Source: an uncultured delta proteobacterium (GTDB taxonomy: Bacteria; Myxococcota_A; Polyangia; Polyangiales; Polyangiaceae). Taken from it: 64,000 bases of DNA. Shown one piece after another: positions 20,843-30,975 of the stretch; position 1 is the first letter of the stretch, and each line of letters begins with the position of its first letter. The DNA lies in assembly GCA_963696385.1 (NCBI GenBank), contig CAVOKF010000004.1, forward strand, positions 64,001-128,000, written 5' to 3'. Below the pieces are notes generated by a model. That model ran no database searches. It worked only from the letters and a program-made list of their open reading frames with translations, and was not told where the DNA came from. Made by a program: the position numbers and the translations under genes.

Positions 20843-21178
20843 TCGCGCTGCGGCTGGTGGTCGACACGAACATCATCGTGTCGGCGGCGCTCAAGCCGGA
20901 CGGGCTGCAACGTACTGTGCTGCTGCTCGCGCTCTCCAAGCCGGCCACGCTGTACGTGAGCGAAGCGATCCTGGCGGAATACACGCCCGGTTACGCCCGC
21001 ACGCGTCCTCCAGGTGGCGCGCGACCCTGACGACAACAAGTTTCTGGAATGCGCCGACGCCGCGCGCGCCGACTATCTCGTGACCGGCAACCAGCGGCAT
21101 TTTCCGGAGTTCTGGAAGAAAACCAAGGTGATTACGTCCCGCGAGTTCGTCAGCATCGTCGCGCCCCATCTGACGTAA
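20839..21178 (+). pseudogene. PIN-family toxin with an internal deletion/frameshift
   Basis: VVDTNIIVSA..ILAEY, then RDPDDNKFLECA..YLVTGN in another frame; the middle is missing. Confidence 0.8.
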
Positions 21179-21227
21179 TCGATCCCGCGAAGCGTGACGC
21201 TTCCACCGGCGCAGTATCCTTTGCAAA

Positions 21228-21743
21228 TTGAATACCTCACGTTCAATTTGCGAGGATGCTGAGGGGGTACCTCTCCGTGCCTCCACCCTTCTCTGCGGCT
21301 TAAGTCCCGAGCCCGAAGCCGCCCAAGCGGCGAGCGTGACTGGCCGTCCCTCCGCCCTCGCCACGCTCTTCATCCACGGCGACGCCTGGGCCTGCGTCCA
21401 TGCGCGACCGGCGGTGTTCTTGGCCGCCGTCGATCTCGGCATAGCCCGGCAGCAGCACGGCTTGGGCGAAGGCGACCCTCGCATCGTTCGCGACGCGATG
21501 AATGCCCCGCTGCTTGTCTTGGACGACCTGGGCCAAGAGGCGGAATTTGGCAGCCCCGTGGTCGCGCACGTCATCCAGCACCGATACGACCGGGTGAGGC
21601 CGACGATCGCGACCACTGGTTTGAGCGTCGAGCAGCTCGTCGCCCGCTACGGGGCGGGAGTCGCGAGGCGACTGATCGAGACTGCGGGCGGCGCCGTCGT
21701 GCTCAAGCTCCGAAGCCATGGCGAGGCGGGACCGGCTCGATGA
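21228..21743 (+). pseudogene. C-terminal fragment of a DnaC/IstB-like ATPase (phage replication type)
   Basis: LLVLDDLGQE (Walker B), HRYD..PTIATT..RYG..VARRLIE; no Walker A. Confidence 0.65.
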
Positions 21744-21930
21744 TACGCCAACGCAAGCGAGCCCTTCGGGGTTCAAGCTCGCACGCCAACCCGGACTTCG
21801 ACTGGAGGTCAGCACGCCGGCGGGTATCCTTGCGGGCGGCACGCTCTCGCCCGCACCCCTCTGTCGTGCAAGTCGCTTGGATGTTCCATCAACCCGCACT
21901 CACGACCCTCTCTTCACCACGGGGATAGCC

Positions 21931-23319
21931 ATGCCGCGCCACGCAACCGGTCAAGTTTTGGAGTATGCGAACGGCTACAGCGCACGGATCCGGATCGGGG
22001 CCGGCGCGAAGGGCCGGCGCTCGTTTCCGATCGCGGCGCGCGACAAGGCGGCGGCCGAGGAGCGCCGGGCCCTGCTGGCGAATCTCGCCGAGCGTTTGCG
22101 GGGCGCAGCCGGCCCGGATGAGATCGCCCAACTGCTGGAGATCGCGGGCCAGGCGCGATCGGACAAGGCTTTGCGGGCGGCTCGCGACGCCGCCGAAGCC
22201 ATCGCCGCGGGGACGACAACACGCGCGGCGGCCGCCATGGCGCCGACGTTCGAGGTCTTCGCCAAAGAGTGGACGGACGGTGCCCTGCACAAGAAGCACC
22301 CCGATCACGTCAAGGAGAAGCGGACCGCGTACCGCGACAGCCAGCTTTTGCGGCTCTACGTCTTGCCCATCACGAAGGACATTCGTCTCCCCGACTTCGA
22401 GCTCGAGCACGCGGAAGCAGTCATGGCCAGCTTGCCCGGGGGTCTTGCGGCGGCGACCCGACGCCACGTCGCGCAGGTCATCTCGCGGGTCATGCGGTTG
22501 GCCGTCTACCCGGGCAAGTGGATCGCCAATAGCCCGATCCCCCGCGGCTGGTTGCCTCGCGTGGGCGACCCCAAGGCCAAGGAGTGCCTCTTCCCGGACG
22601 AGGACGCGTGCCTTCTCGCCGGCCGATCGATCGAGCCCGACAAGGACGGCATTCCGATCGTGCGGCGTTTTGCGTATGGCTTCCTGATGCGCGAGGGCAT
22701 GCGCACCGACGAGATGGCGGGGTTGCGGTGGCGCGAAGTGGATCTCGAACGGGGCCGCGTCAACCTGGACGAAAACAAGACCGATGATCCGCGCGACTGG
22801 GACCTGCGGCCCGATACGGCCGAGGCGTTGCGCCGTTGGAAGGAGAGGAGCGAGCCGCACACGCAAGCGCGCGACCACGTGTTTGCCGAAGAGGGCGTGC
22901 CCGTGAACGTCGAGCACTTGGCCGAGCAGCTGCGCCGTGACCTCTGGCGGGTCGGGGTGCGCCGTCCGCAGCTGCACGAGAGCACCAAGGGCCGGCAGCG
23001 TCTGCGGGCGCACGACCTGCGCGCCACGTTCGTCACGATCGCGCTCGCGACGGGCAAGACCGAGACGTGGATCAGCGACCGAACGGGGCACCGCTCCCAT
23101 GCGATGATTGAGACGTACCGGCGGCGGTCGCGCACGTGGAACCTGGGCGAGCTCGGCCCTATGTGCGAGCTCATCCCTGAGCTACAAAAGGGGGCTGATA
23201 GGGCAGCGAATGGGCAGCAAACTCACCGCACGGGTGGCGAAATAGGCAGACGCAGCGGATTTAGGTTCCGCCGCCGCAAGGCGTATGGGTTCGACTCCCT
23301 TCCCGTGCACTTTCAATGA
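21931..23319 (+). CDS. Tyrosine integrase (Int A), ORF reads through tRNA-Leu in sense
   Basis: Complete catalytic set: GMRTDE, ENKT, HDLR, TGH, ETY. Confidence 0.92.
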   Translation: MPRHATGQVLEYANGYSARIRIGAGAKGRRSFPIAARDKAAAEERRALLANLAERLRGAAGPDEIAQLLEIAGQARSDKALRAARDAAEAIAAGTTTRAAAAMAPTFEVFAKEWTDGALHKKHPDHVKEKRTAYRDSQLLRLYVLPITKDIRLPDFELEHAEAVMASLPGGLAAATRRHVAQVISRVMRLAVYPGKWIANSPIPRGWLPRVGDPKAKECLFPDEDACLLAGRSIEPDKDGIPIVRRFAYGFLMREGMRTDEMAGLRWREVDLERGRVNLDENKTDDPRDWDLRPDTAEALRRWKERSEPHTQARDHVFAEEGVPVNVEHLAEQLRRDLWRVGVRRPQLHESTKGRQRLRAHDLRATFVTIALATGKTETWISDRTGHRSHAMIETYRRRSRTWNLGELGPMCELIPELQKGADRAANGQQTHRTGGEIGRRSGFRFRRRKAYGFDSLPVHFQ

Positions 23320-24652
23320 CTTGTCGCGGTATCCTGTATTTTTTAGATAGGACGAATTGGGCAATCGTTGGGCAATCGTTGGGCAATCAACAATCGGCAT
23401 AATCCGTGCCAACGAACGAAGTTCCGGGATCGCAGCTTGCATGGGGGCGAGATCCCCCTGCTGCTGAGCCAGCCAAATTGCCGCGGTGCGTCGATATTTC
23501 GCCTTCATCGCATCGCCGTGGCCCGTGCGCTGCTGGCACCACTCCCAGGTGCGACCGCTCGCGAGGCTCACCGTGACGAACGTCGCGCGCAGATCGTGAG
23601 CGCGCATACGCAAGCGATTCTCGGATCCCGTAAACAGCTTGGAGCGCGCGATGCCCGCGCGCGCGAGATCTTCGCGCAGCTGGGCGGCCAGGTGATCGAC
23701 GTTCAAGCCCGCGCCTCGGTCGTCGACCAAAATCCGCGCATCCGATCTCGGTGACTTGAGGCGCTGCCGCCAGAGCTTCAGCGCCTCGAGCACGTCGGGT
23801 CGCATGTCCCACGAGCGGGGGCGGTCGGTCTTGTTCACGTCGAGGTCCAGCCGATTGTGGACGAGATCGGTATCGGCCCACGTTAGGCGCGCGAGCTCGT
23901 CGGTGCGCAGGCCCTCGCGCATCAGGAAGCCGTATGCGAAGCGCCGCAATAACGGCACCCCCACGCATCCGAGCAGGGCCCGGTCCTCGTCCGGGTACAG
24001 GCACTCTTTCGCCTTGTCCGGTGGCGCCCGGGGGAGCCATCCGCGCGGGATGGGGCTGACCTGGATCCACTTGCCCGGGTACACGGCGAGATGGAACAAG
24101 CGCGACATCGTCTGCGCGACATGACGACGCGTGCTCGTGGAGAGCTTCGCCGGCAGCGCCGCCATCACGCCCTCCGCATCCTCGAGCGTGAAGGTGTCCA
24201 GGCGCAGATCGCCCACGTGTTCGAGCACGTAGAGTCGCAGCAGTTCTTCGTCGCGCGGAGACGACCGCTTCTCGCGAACGTGATCCGGGTGGCGTTTCGC
24301 GAGCTGCCCCTCGGTCCACTGCTCGGCAAACGCGCGGAACGTCGGGGCGAGCTCCAGGGCGCGCGTGCGGCCGGCGCAGACCGCATCGACGGCGGCACAG
24401 ACCTCTTGCCAGGGGCGCCCAGCCCGCGCCTTCGCGGCCTCCTCCAGCAGGGTGGGGATCTCCGCCACGAAGCCCCCGAGGCGCAGCCGAGTAGCCATCA
24501 CCGCCAGCGCCTCTTTGCGCTCGGCCGCCTCGCGTTCGGAGCGGCACGCAACCAGCCCGAATTCTCGCCGGTCGCGCCCCTGAATCGTGATGCGCGCCGC
24601 AAAGCTGCCATCCGCCAAGCTGCATGAGTTGTCCGGTGGCTTGCTTCGGCAT
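23182..24652 (-). CDS. Tyrosine integrase (Int B), reads antisense through tRNA-Leu; +1 frameshift after codon 12
   Basis: GLRTDE, VNKT, HDLR, TGH, KY. The homologous start MPKQATGQ at 24652 is out of frame with ADGSFAARITI by one extra base. Confidence 0.88.
23228..23309 (+). tRNA. tRNA-Leu (anticodon TAG)
   Basis: Acceptor GCACGGG/CCCGTGC, anticodon stem GCGGA-TTTAGGT-TCCGC, long variable arm, GGTTCGACTCC; CCA not encoded. Confidence 0.95.
23357..23388. repeat. Arm-type integrase binding repeats TTGGGCAATC(G) x3
   Basis: 11-bp tandem repeat beside the tRNA; reverse complement matches GATTGCCC(AA) at 7233-7251. Confidence 0.75.
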
Positions 24653-25224
24653 CGCGTCTCCTCCAGTTGACTAGACCTTAGCGGCGCATCGTCCACAATG
24701 CGTCGTGCGGCGGCGGGCGACCGTCCAGCGCTCTACGCTTGGTCGTCGATAAAGTTCTCTTCAAACGACAGACGGCGGCGTTGACGGCGTATGGCGGCGC
24801 CGCCGTTTGCGACGTTTCCACGAGAATTGCGGCGGTAACCATGCTCAGCCATGCCATTTCAGACGTGGGCAGAACGGGCCTATCCTCTTCTGCGTAAACC
24901 ACGACTTTTCCCCCCCCATTGTGGGAGCTCAAAGCGGACCGCGGTCCGTGGCCCTCGCGGCTACATAGTAAAAGATATTATTAGAATCTGACGGAATTGC
25001 TGGACGAGCGCAAGGAACCACGTTTCCGTTCTGTGCGCATCACACGGAGTACATCCAATGATGTCTCGCGCTCGTCCAGGTATCGGTACTGGTCTTTCAA
25101 GAGATACGTGACCACCTTGTAGACGGACGCGTAAATCCGCGGGAAAGGCGACGTGGAAGCAGTGCGCCGCCGATCCGGCGCTACCTCCTGAGGAAGGCGG
25201 CGCCGGGCAGCGGACGAGAATGGC

Positions 25225-25518
25225 TCAGCGAGGGAGGGGCTTGTCGTGGTGGTTGTGGTCACGCCCGTCGACGACGTTCTGCTCGGCGAGTCGATATTGG
25301 CGGATATGCCTGCGTAAAGCGCGCATGGCATTGAGGAGGTCGCGAGTGGGGGGATGATTGGCGCCGCCGCGTGTCGACGAGGAGGGGTCGAGGCCGATGG
25401 CGAGAAAGCGGCGAGCCGCGATGAGTGCAGCGTCGAGCACGAAGAGCGGACCGAGTTCGGGCGCCAAGACGATGTCCCACTCGGAGGGCGCAACGAGCCG
25501 CTGGCGCGGCGGCGTCAC
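25225..25518 (-). CDS. IS21 accessory protein downstream of istB
   Basis: GTGA overlap with the istB stop; 97 aa, helical. Confidence 0.65.
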   Translation of the reverse strand: MTPPRQRLVAPSEWDIVLAPELGPLFVLDAALIAARRFLAIGLDPSSSTRGGANHPPTRDLLNAMRALRRHIRQYRLAEQNVVDGRDHNHHDKPLPR

Positions 25519-26300
25519 ACGCGCCTCCGGGCGGAGGCGCCTCGCGAGCGGGGCCTGGGTTGCGGAGGCGGTGGGGAGTTGCCCGGCTTTTGCCGGTAGG
25601 AGTCGGCATCGATGTCGATGGTGTGCAGATGCTGGGTGAAGCGATCGATGAGAGCGACGAGGCAGGCGGCGCCGGGGAATACGCCCCCCCATTCCTTGAA
25701 GGCCAAGTTGGTCGAGATGATGGTGGAGGCTCGTTCATGGCGCCGGCTGATGATCTGGAAGAAGAGGTCGACGGCGCGCTTGTCTACGGGCACATATCCA
25801 AGTTCGTCGCATACGAGAAGATCGACATTGGTATAGCGCTTCATGCGTCGCTCGACGGCGGGCAGCGACTCCTGTTTCAAGAGATCGGCGAGCGCCGAAA
25901 CGACCGGGGTAAAGCAGACGGTCATGCCGGCGCTGAGCGCGGCGAGGCATACGTTCTGCGCAAGCATGGTCTTACCCACACCGCTTGGGCCGCGAAAAAG
26001 GACGTTCTCGCGGCGCTCCACGAAGCCCAAGCCGAGGACATTCTCGCATAGGGCGCGGTCGATCTTGCGCGGATGGCTCCAGTCGAAACGGTCCATCGTC
26101 GTGTGCGCCCCCACCGTCGCCATCTTGGTGCGGGTGGCGAGATTGCGTGCTTCACGCTGCCGGCGCTCCATTTCGACCAGCAGCTCGACGACCTGCACGT
26201 GCGAGAGGCGGTTGGCGGTCGCGTGCGACAGCAGTGCCTCGAGCTGCTCGCGCGACGCGCAGAAGCCGATGGCCCGGAGCTCGTCGACGACGTCGCTCAC
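25515..26300 (-). CDS. istB: IS21 helper ATPase
   Basis: GPSGVGKT, LLVCDELGY, STN..W..DR. Confidence 0.95.
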   Translation of the reverse strand: MSDVVDELRAIGFCASREQLEALLSHATANRLSHVQVVELLVEMERRQREARNLATRTKMATVGAHTTMDRFDWSHPRKIDRALCENVLGLGFVERRENVLFRGPSGVGKTMLAQNVCLAALSAGMTVCFTPVVSALADLLKQESLPAVERRMKRYTNVDLLVCDELGYVPVDKRAVDLFFQIISRRHERASTIISTNLAFKEWGGVFPGAACLVALIDRFTQHLHTIDIDADSYRQKPGNSPPPPQPRPRSRGASARRRV

Positions 26301-27778
26301 GACTCACCCCGCTTTCGGTCGTAGGAACCGAGGTCGTGGGGCACCACGATGGCGTCGACGACGTGCGCGCCGAGCACGATATCCACCGGCATGGGCCGGT
26401 CGGTTCGCTGCCGCTCTTGCTCGCAGAGAAGGGCCAGCGCGCCGATGTCGTGCGTGCCGCGCTCGCCCATGACGCGCACGGCGTAACCGAAGATCTCCAG
26501 CCCGTAGAGTGTGAAGAGCTTGCGCGCATGCCCGGTCATGAAGTTGATGTTTCGTCCCTGCTCGACCCAGCGTTCGTAAAGCACCGAGAGCTCGGGCACG
26601 GCGCCGAGCAGCTGGTCGCGTATCGTGATGGCCTCGGCTCGTGGCCGCCCCTCGCAGAGGGCGCGGCGATGCGCGGGGTCGTCGATGCGCTGACCGCGTC
26701 CCCACGAGCGTCGGTGGCGCGCCACCTCTTTCTCCCCATCGAGAAGCCGCACGTGATCGTCGTCCGCCACGAGCGTCAGCGTCGCGCTCGCGTACTTCGG
26801 CGGCGCCGAGTAGCGGTTGGTCCCGAGCCGTACGCTCGCCGTCTTGTCGACGGCGACAGGCAACACCAGGTCCGCCGTCGGCATCGGATTGGGCAGCGGC
26901 ATCAGGCGCTCCTTCTCCTCGGCGAAGACCTCGCCCACGCTGCGGCTGGCGAGGGTTGGGTGGCGACGCGTCATCACGACCGATTCGATGTGGCGCCGCA
27001 GGCCGAGGTTTCCTATCTCCAGACTCGGGATCGAACGGCCCGCGAAGAATCCTTCTTTGAGCTCGCGTATGGCTCTTTCGACTCCGCCCTTGTCTTCGGG
27101 CGTCCGCACGCGCGCGAGCACTGGTTTGACGCGAAGCTGTCCGGCGAGCTCGATGATCCCGGAGTGAAGCCGCGCGGCGCGACCATGGCGCTCGATCACG
27201 ACGATCTTGGGGTTGTCGAAGAGAAGCTGCCGTGGCACGCCACCGAAGAAGCTCAGCGCGCGCAGGATCGAGCGCCGGAGCGATTCCGCCGTCATATCGA
27301 GCACCCACTCCGCGTACCGCATTCGCGAATACGCCAAAAGCATCACGAAGACCCAGAGCGCCCGCATCCCTCCCATGACGGAGAGCTGCCCCACGTGACC
27401 CCAGTCCACTTGCCCTTGCTCGCCCGGCAGGCGCTCGCAGACCAGGTACGCCTTGCTCGCCGCGCGCGGACGGATGCCTTTGACGAAGCGCTCGACGAGC
27501 TTTGCGCTGCCCCGAAACCCGCGCTCGGCGATCATCGTGCGCAGCCGCGTCGCGCGCAGCCGTGGATACCTCTCGATCTGCTCGAGGATGAAGCCCTTGT
27601 ACGCGTCGAGCTTGCTCGGCCGAGGCTCGCGCGCGGGCTGTCCAGTGGCGTCCTGGGCGAGCACGCGCGTGACGACGTCGTGGTGCACCCCCAGCTCGGC
27701 GGCCACCGTGCCTTCGGGCCACTTCTCGGCCTGCACGAGCCGAAGGATCTCGCTCTCGCACTCTTTGCTGACTGTCAT
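26297..27778 (-). CDS. istA: IS21 transposase
   Basis: SKLDAYK, PGEQGQVDWG, FDN, KGGVER, NRYSAP. Confidence 0.95.
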   Translation of the reverse strand: MTVSKECESEILRLVQAEKWPEGTVAAELGVHHDVVTRVLAQDATGQPAREPRPSKLDAYKGFILEQIERYPRLRATRLRTMIAERGFRGSAKLVERFVKGIRPRAASKAYLVCERLPGEQGQVDWGHVGQLSVMGGMRALWVFVMLLAYSRMRYAEWVLDMTAESLRRSILRALSFFGGVPRQLLFDNPKIVVIERHGRAARLHSGIIELAGQLRVKPVLARVRTPEDKGGVERAIRELKEGFFAGRSIPSLEIGNLGLRRHIESVVMTRRHPTLASRSVGEVFAEEKERLMPLPNPMPTADLVLPVAVDKTASVRLGTNRYSAPPKYASATLTLVADDDHVRLLDGEKEVARHRRSWGRGQRIDDPAHRRALCEGRPRAEAITIRDQLLGAVPELSVLYERWVEQGRNINFMTGHARKLFTLYGLEIFGYAVRVMGERGTHDIGALALLCEQERQRTDRPMPVDIVLGAHVVDAIVVPHDLGSYDRKRGES

Positions 27779-28149
27779 GGCGACACCCCCTGCAAGCAGA
27801 CCTGCCGCAGATCACCGAAGCAGCCCAATCCCCCCAGACGGCCCGCGCGACGGCGATGCGCCGGACCGCGCAGCATCACCTCCACGTCGAAATGCAGATT
27901 GCGCACGCCGAAGCCCAGCGCGTCCTCCAGCCGCAATGCAGACATAGATTCCTCGGTATCCGCACAGAGAACAACGCAGAGCGGGCGCTGCTGCCAGAGC
28001 GCCAGCCCCTCGAGCAGCGTGGAGGCCGCCCGCGGATGCGCCGACGCCGATGGGCCCAACACCGCCCGCATCCGTTCCTCGCGCCCCTCCATCATCAGGA
28101 TCCGCGTCGCCTCGCGCCGGGGATCCATCGTCACCGTCCATCGATTCAT
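27775..28149 (-). CDS. IS21 accessory protein upstream of istA
   Basis: ATGA overlap with the istA start; 124 aa. Confidence 0.7.
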   Translation of the reverse strand: MNRWTVTMDPRREATRILMMEGREERMRAVLGPSASAHPRAASTLLEGLALWQQRPLCVVLCADTEESMSALRLEDALGFGVRNLHFDVEVMLRGPAHRRRAGRLGGLGCFGDLRQVCLQGVSP

Positions 28150-28573
28150 CGGTCCTGCTCCTGGCCGCCTCGGTCGCCGCCTCCGGGTTGGAGGCGAGCG
28201 CCGCGCCGCGCGAGCGCACAACACGCGAATCGGCACTCCCACCAGAAGGGGGATCCGTTACGACCTGCCCATCCGTTCCCGGCGCGACCGGCGCCACCAC
28301 GCCCCGCTGCCGAGCCTTGCGGCCTCGCCGGCCCGGATGTGCTTGGCGAAACCAGTGCTGCCGGTCGCGGTTGTTCTGCCGACCCTCCACCGTAGTCGCT
28401 TCCAACCGCCGCGCCGTGCGACAAATCCGCGCGCGCCCTACCCCTTGGCACGCCTCGCTGCAGTAGCGGCGCTCGCCGAACCAATCGCACCTGGCGCACG
28501 CGTAGAACCCCTCGCCGCAGGCCCCACAGCACGCAAAACGAAGCGGCTGCTCGACTCCCTCATGCTCGTGCAC
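27812..28573 (-). CDS. IS21 accessory zinc-finger-like protein (3' end uncertain)
   Basis: CxxC..CxxC..YCSEAC followed by an Arg-rich helix. Confidence 0.6.
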   Translation of the reverse strand: MHEHEGVEQPLRFACCGACGEGFYACARCDWFGERRYCSEACQGVGRARICRTARRLEATTVEGRQNNRDRQHWFRQAHPGRRGRKARQRGVVAPVAPGTDGQVVTDPPSGGSADSRVVRSRGAALASNPEAATEAARSRTDESMDGDDGSPARGDADPDDGGARGTDAGGVGPIGVGASAGGLHAARGAGALAAAPALRCSLCGYRGIYVCIAAGGRAGLRRAQSAFRRGGDAARSGASPSRGPSGGIGLLR

Positions 28574-30236
28574 GCGTCCATTCCACGGACGCGTGATGCG
28601 CACGGGTTGACCCGGCGCTTGCTCTCAGGCACCGTCCGCGGCGTCCAGAGCCGCGTCCGCGTCTGGGCCGAAGGCTCGGGGTTGCCGCCCTGGGCCTTCA
28701 CTCTTTTGTGCGTCCATTTCGTCGCGCCTTCTACGCCAGCACGCGCGCCGACACGAGCGGGGACCCTTCCCGCCGGCTCTCACGCAAGAGGATGGCCTTT
28801 GCGACCCGTCCTGAACGAATGCTCGGGCGTCCTACGCCCTGACGCGTCCCGGATCAGGCGGTTCTTCGCGTCGCTCTACACCACCTCATGTCGCACTATC
28901 CGGACCACCGCAACATGCACTTGCCAAAGGCGCATTATCGCGACAGGCAGCGAGTGCTGCACTACCTGCATGCGTTATTTGCGCCGCCTAGCGGACGCGA
29001 TGTCGAAGGGATGATCTCAGGACCGGACGTCTTCTGGCACTACCGGATGTCGATGGCATCCAGAACGCAGGTTCACCTGCGGGTGTTGTCGCACCGAAGT
29101 TCTCCGCCAGCAGACGCTAGAATCTACAGCCATTTTCTGCCGGAGATCCTCGAGCGAATTCAGGCGGAAAAAGCGGACCCGAAGCGCCACCCTAAACTGC
29201 TGCCGGGTCAGTTTTACCTTCGCCGCAAGCTGCCCGGAATGCTTGCTGGCCATCAGCACTGCCAACTTGCTGTCTCCAGTGGAGTACTCGATCAGAGTTT
29301 CGTCTCGCAGCTACACCCGTGGGACCTGATGCTCTTGCATCCGTGAGCGGGTCATCCGTCCCAAGGATGACACCGAACGGCGTGCGCTCGTTTCCGCATT
29401 CGCATCGGGGCGCTTGCAGTCCACGCACATGCCCGTGCACGAACGGGATCGACGTCGTCAACACTCGGCCGCACTCGGAACACGGATGGCTGAAGGGCTC
29501 GACGCCGTATCGTGCCGGCCATTCTTCTGCCGTTACGCCGTAGACGGTGAGCCGCGCATCGCCGTTCATGACGAGCGGAGCGTCGCATCCGGATGTCGTA
29601 CGAGGCCAGACCAAAAACGCATGCAACTGCCGAAATGGACTGACAAAGTAGGAAACAAACGACACGAACGCACCCGGACCCGGCAAGCGCCCATTCTCGA
29701 GCGGCGCAGGGTGGCTGAGCTTGTAGGCGCCGTCAAGCGAGCGCTGGCCTCCAGTGAAATGCCGACTGACCCACTACCCTCCGCTTCACGCAGCGGCCGC
29801 CTCTGCCCGTCTCGCCAGCCCCGCTGGCGCTTCGCCGCGAGGTTGCCATGGGTGAACCGTAAAAGGAGACGGAACGCCAAACAGATTCTTCGAGGAAGCT
29901 CCATTTGCAGCGGTAAAGGATCGTCTCTTCGTTGCGGTTCGAAACGAAAGCCACGCGGCCGAACGACGTCACGGCCGCTCCCTTGTTGACGAGCTCGTCG
30001 CCAGCGATGCGGTACCCCTTTGGGCAATCCTCGTGAATCATTCGTAAGCAGTCGGCGCGATTCGCTGCCCTCGGCGACCCTCCAGGATACGCCGTCACCG
30101 TCGACGACGTCCGGCGGACGCTCAGTAGCGCAGCCGCCAAGAAGGGTCGCCACCGCGATTCCGCGTATGCCGGACGTTGCCCTCTCCGCCACGCGCGTCA
30201 CCGTTCGCGCGCCGTCGGCCGAATAACTCGCCTCGT

Positions 30237-30530
30237 TCACTTGCATTTGACGAGCATGTTCCCACGGTACTTGTGCCCAACGAACGTCGACCCGCCGTAA
30301 GCGTTGTACGTCGACACCACGACGGGGTGCTCGTGTTCGCGTTGGTCGGCCGTGATGTAGCCGTGCGGACAGGCGTTCCCGGCCTCCTCCTCGCAGTTGC
30401 CCATGTCCCCTCTGCAAGAGATGGCGTACCAGCCAGGTTCGCCGTCGGGCCCGTTCACTGGCCGCGACGACGCAGACTCGCACCCGGCCGCGACAAGCGC
30501 CACCGCATACCGGATCCATCGCAGCTGCAT
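30237..30530 (-). CDS. Small Cys-containing lipoprotein (degraded paralog at about 29880-30170)
   Basis: VAAGC lipobox; C..A...CPHGY..MLVKCK compared with CLRMIHEDCPKGY..ILYRCK. Confidence 0.6.
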   Translation of the reverse strand: MQLRWIRYAVALVAAGCESASSRPVNGPDGEPGWYAISCRGDMGNCEEEAGNACPHGYITADQREHEHPVVVSTYNAYGGSTFVGHKYRGNMLVKCK

Positions 30531-30975
30531 TCGCTGACCCTCTTTAGTGAAAGCGCATTCGCAGACGCCAGCCGTCCAGTGGGCCAGTCTTCCGTATTCA
30601 AAGCAAGGGCGTCGGAGCCAGACAAGGGGCCACACGCGCAGTCACAAGCGCTGTTCTGCCGACCGTGGACGTCCTTGTCGCACCACTTAAGCGGCTCGAA
30701 AGGGCTTCCGAGCCCTACCCCGAAGCCGTTCGCCGATCGCACGAGGCTGCGCACCGATTCGTAGAACCGCCGCCGGTGTAGAGAAAAGCGAATGGCTCAT
30801 GGAGAACGAGACATGCGCTGGGCGAAGACTTTGTGGATTCATGGTTTGTCCATTCTCTGTCTGACCGGTGTTCCAGCGCGCGCGCATGCAGCGGGATCGG
30901 ACCGCGCCGCGTCTTCGCCGCAGGCACCTGAGCAAGGCAGTGCGACGGGCGCCACACCAGCGACGACGAATTTGA

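Larger units (their letters stand above)
25118..28880 (-). mobile_element. Complete IS21-family element with three accessory ORFs and a 6-bp target duplication
   Basis: IRs TGTAGACGGACGCG / CGCGTCGCTCTACA; CCACCT at 25112-25117 and 28881-28886. Confidence 0.92.

Noticed and set aside
6200..21200. Integron cassette array explaining the many TA genes
   Set aside because: No convincing repeated attC sites or IntI-type integrase were found by eye, and gene orientations are mixed. IntegronFinder would settle this.
25985..29014. 1009-aa plus-strand ORF
   Set aside because: It is an antisense shadow of istA/istB in GC-rich DNA with no recognisable motifs.
24981..29346. A recognisable gene interrupted by the IS21 element
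   Set aside because: Rejoining the flanks at CCACCT gave only short ORFs with no identifiable family in the frames checked.
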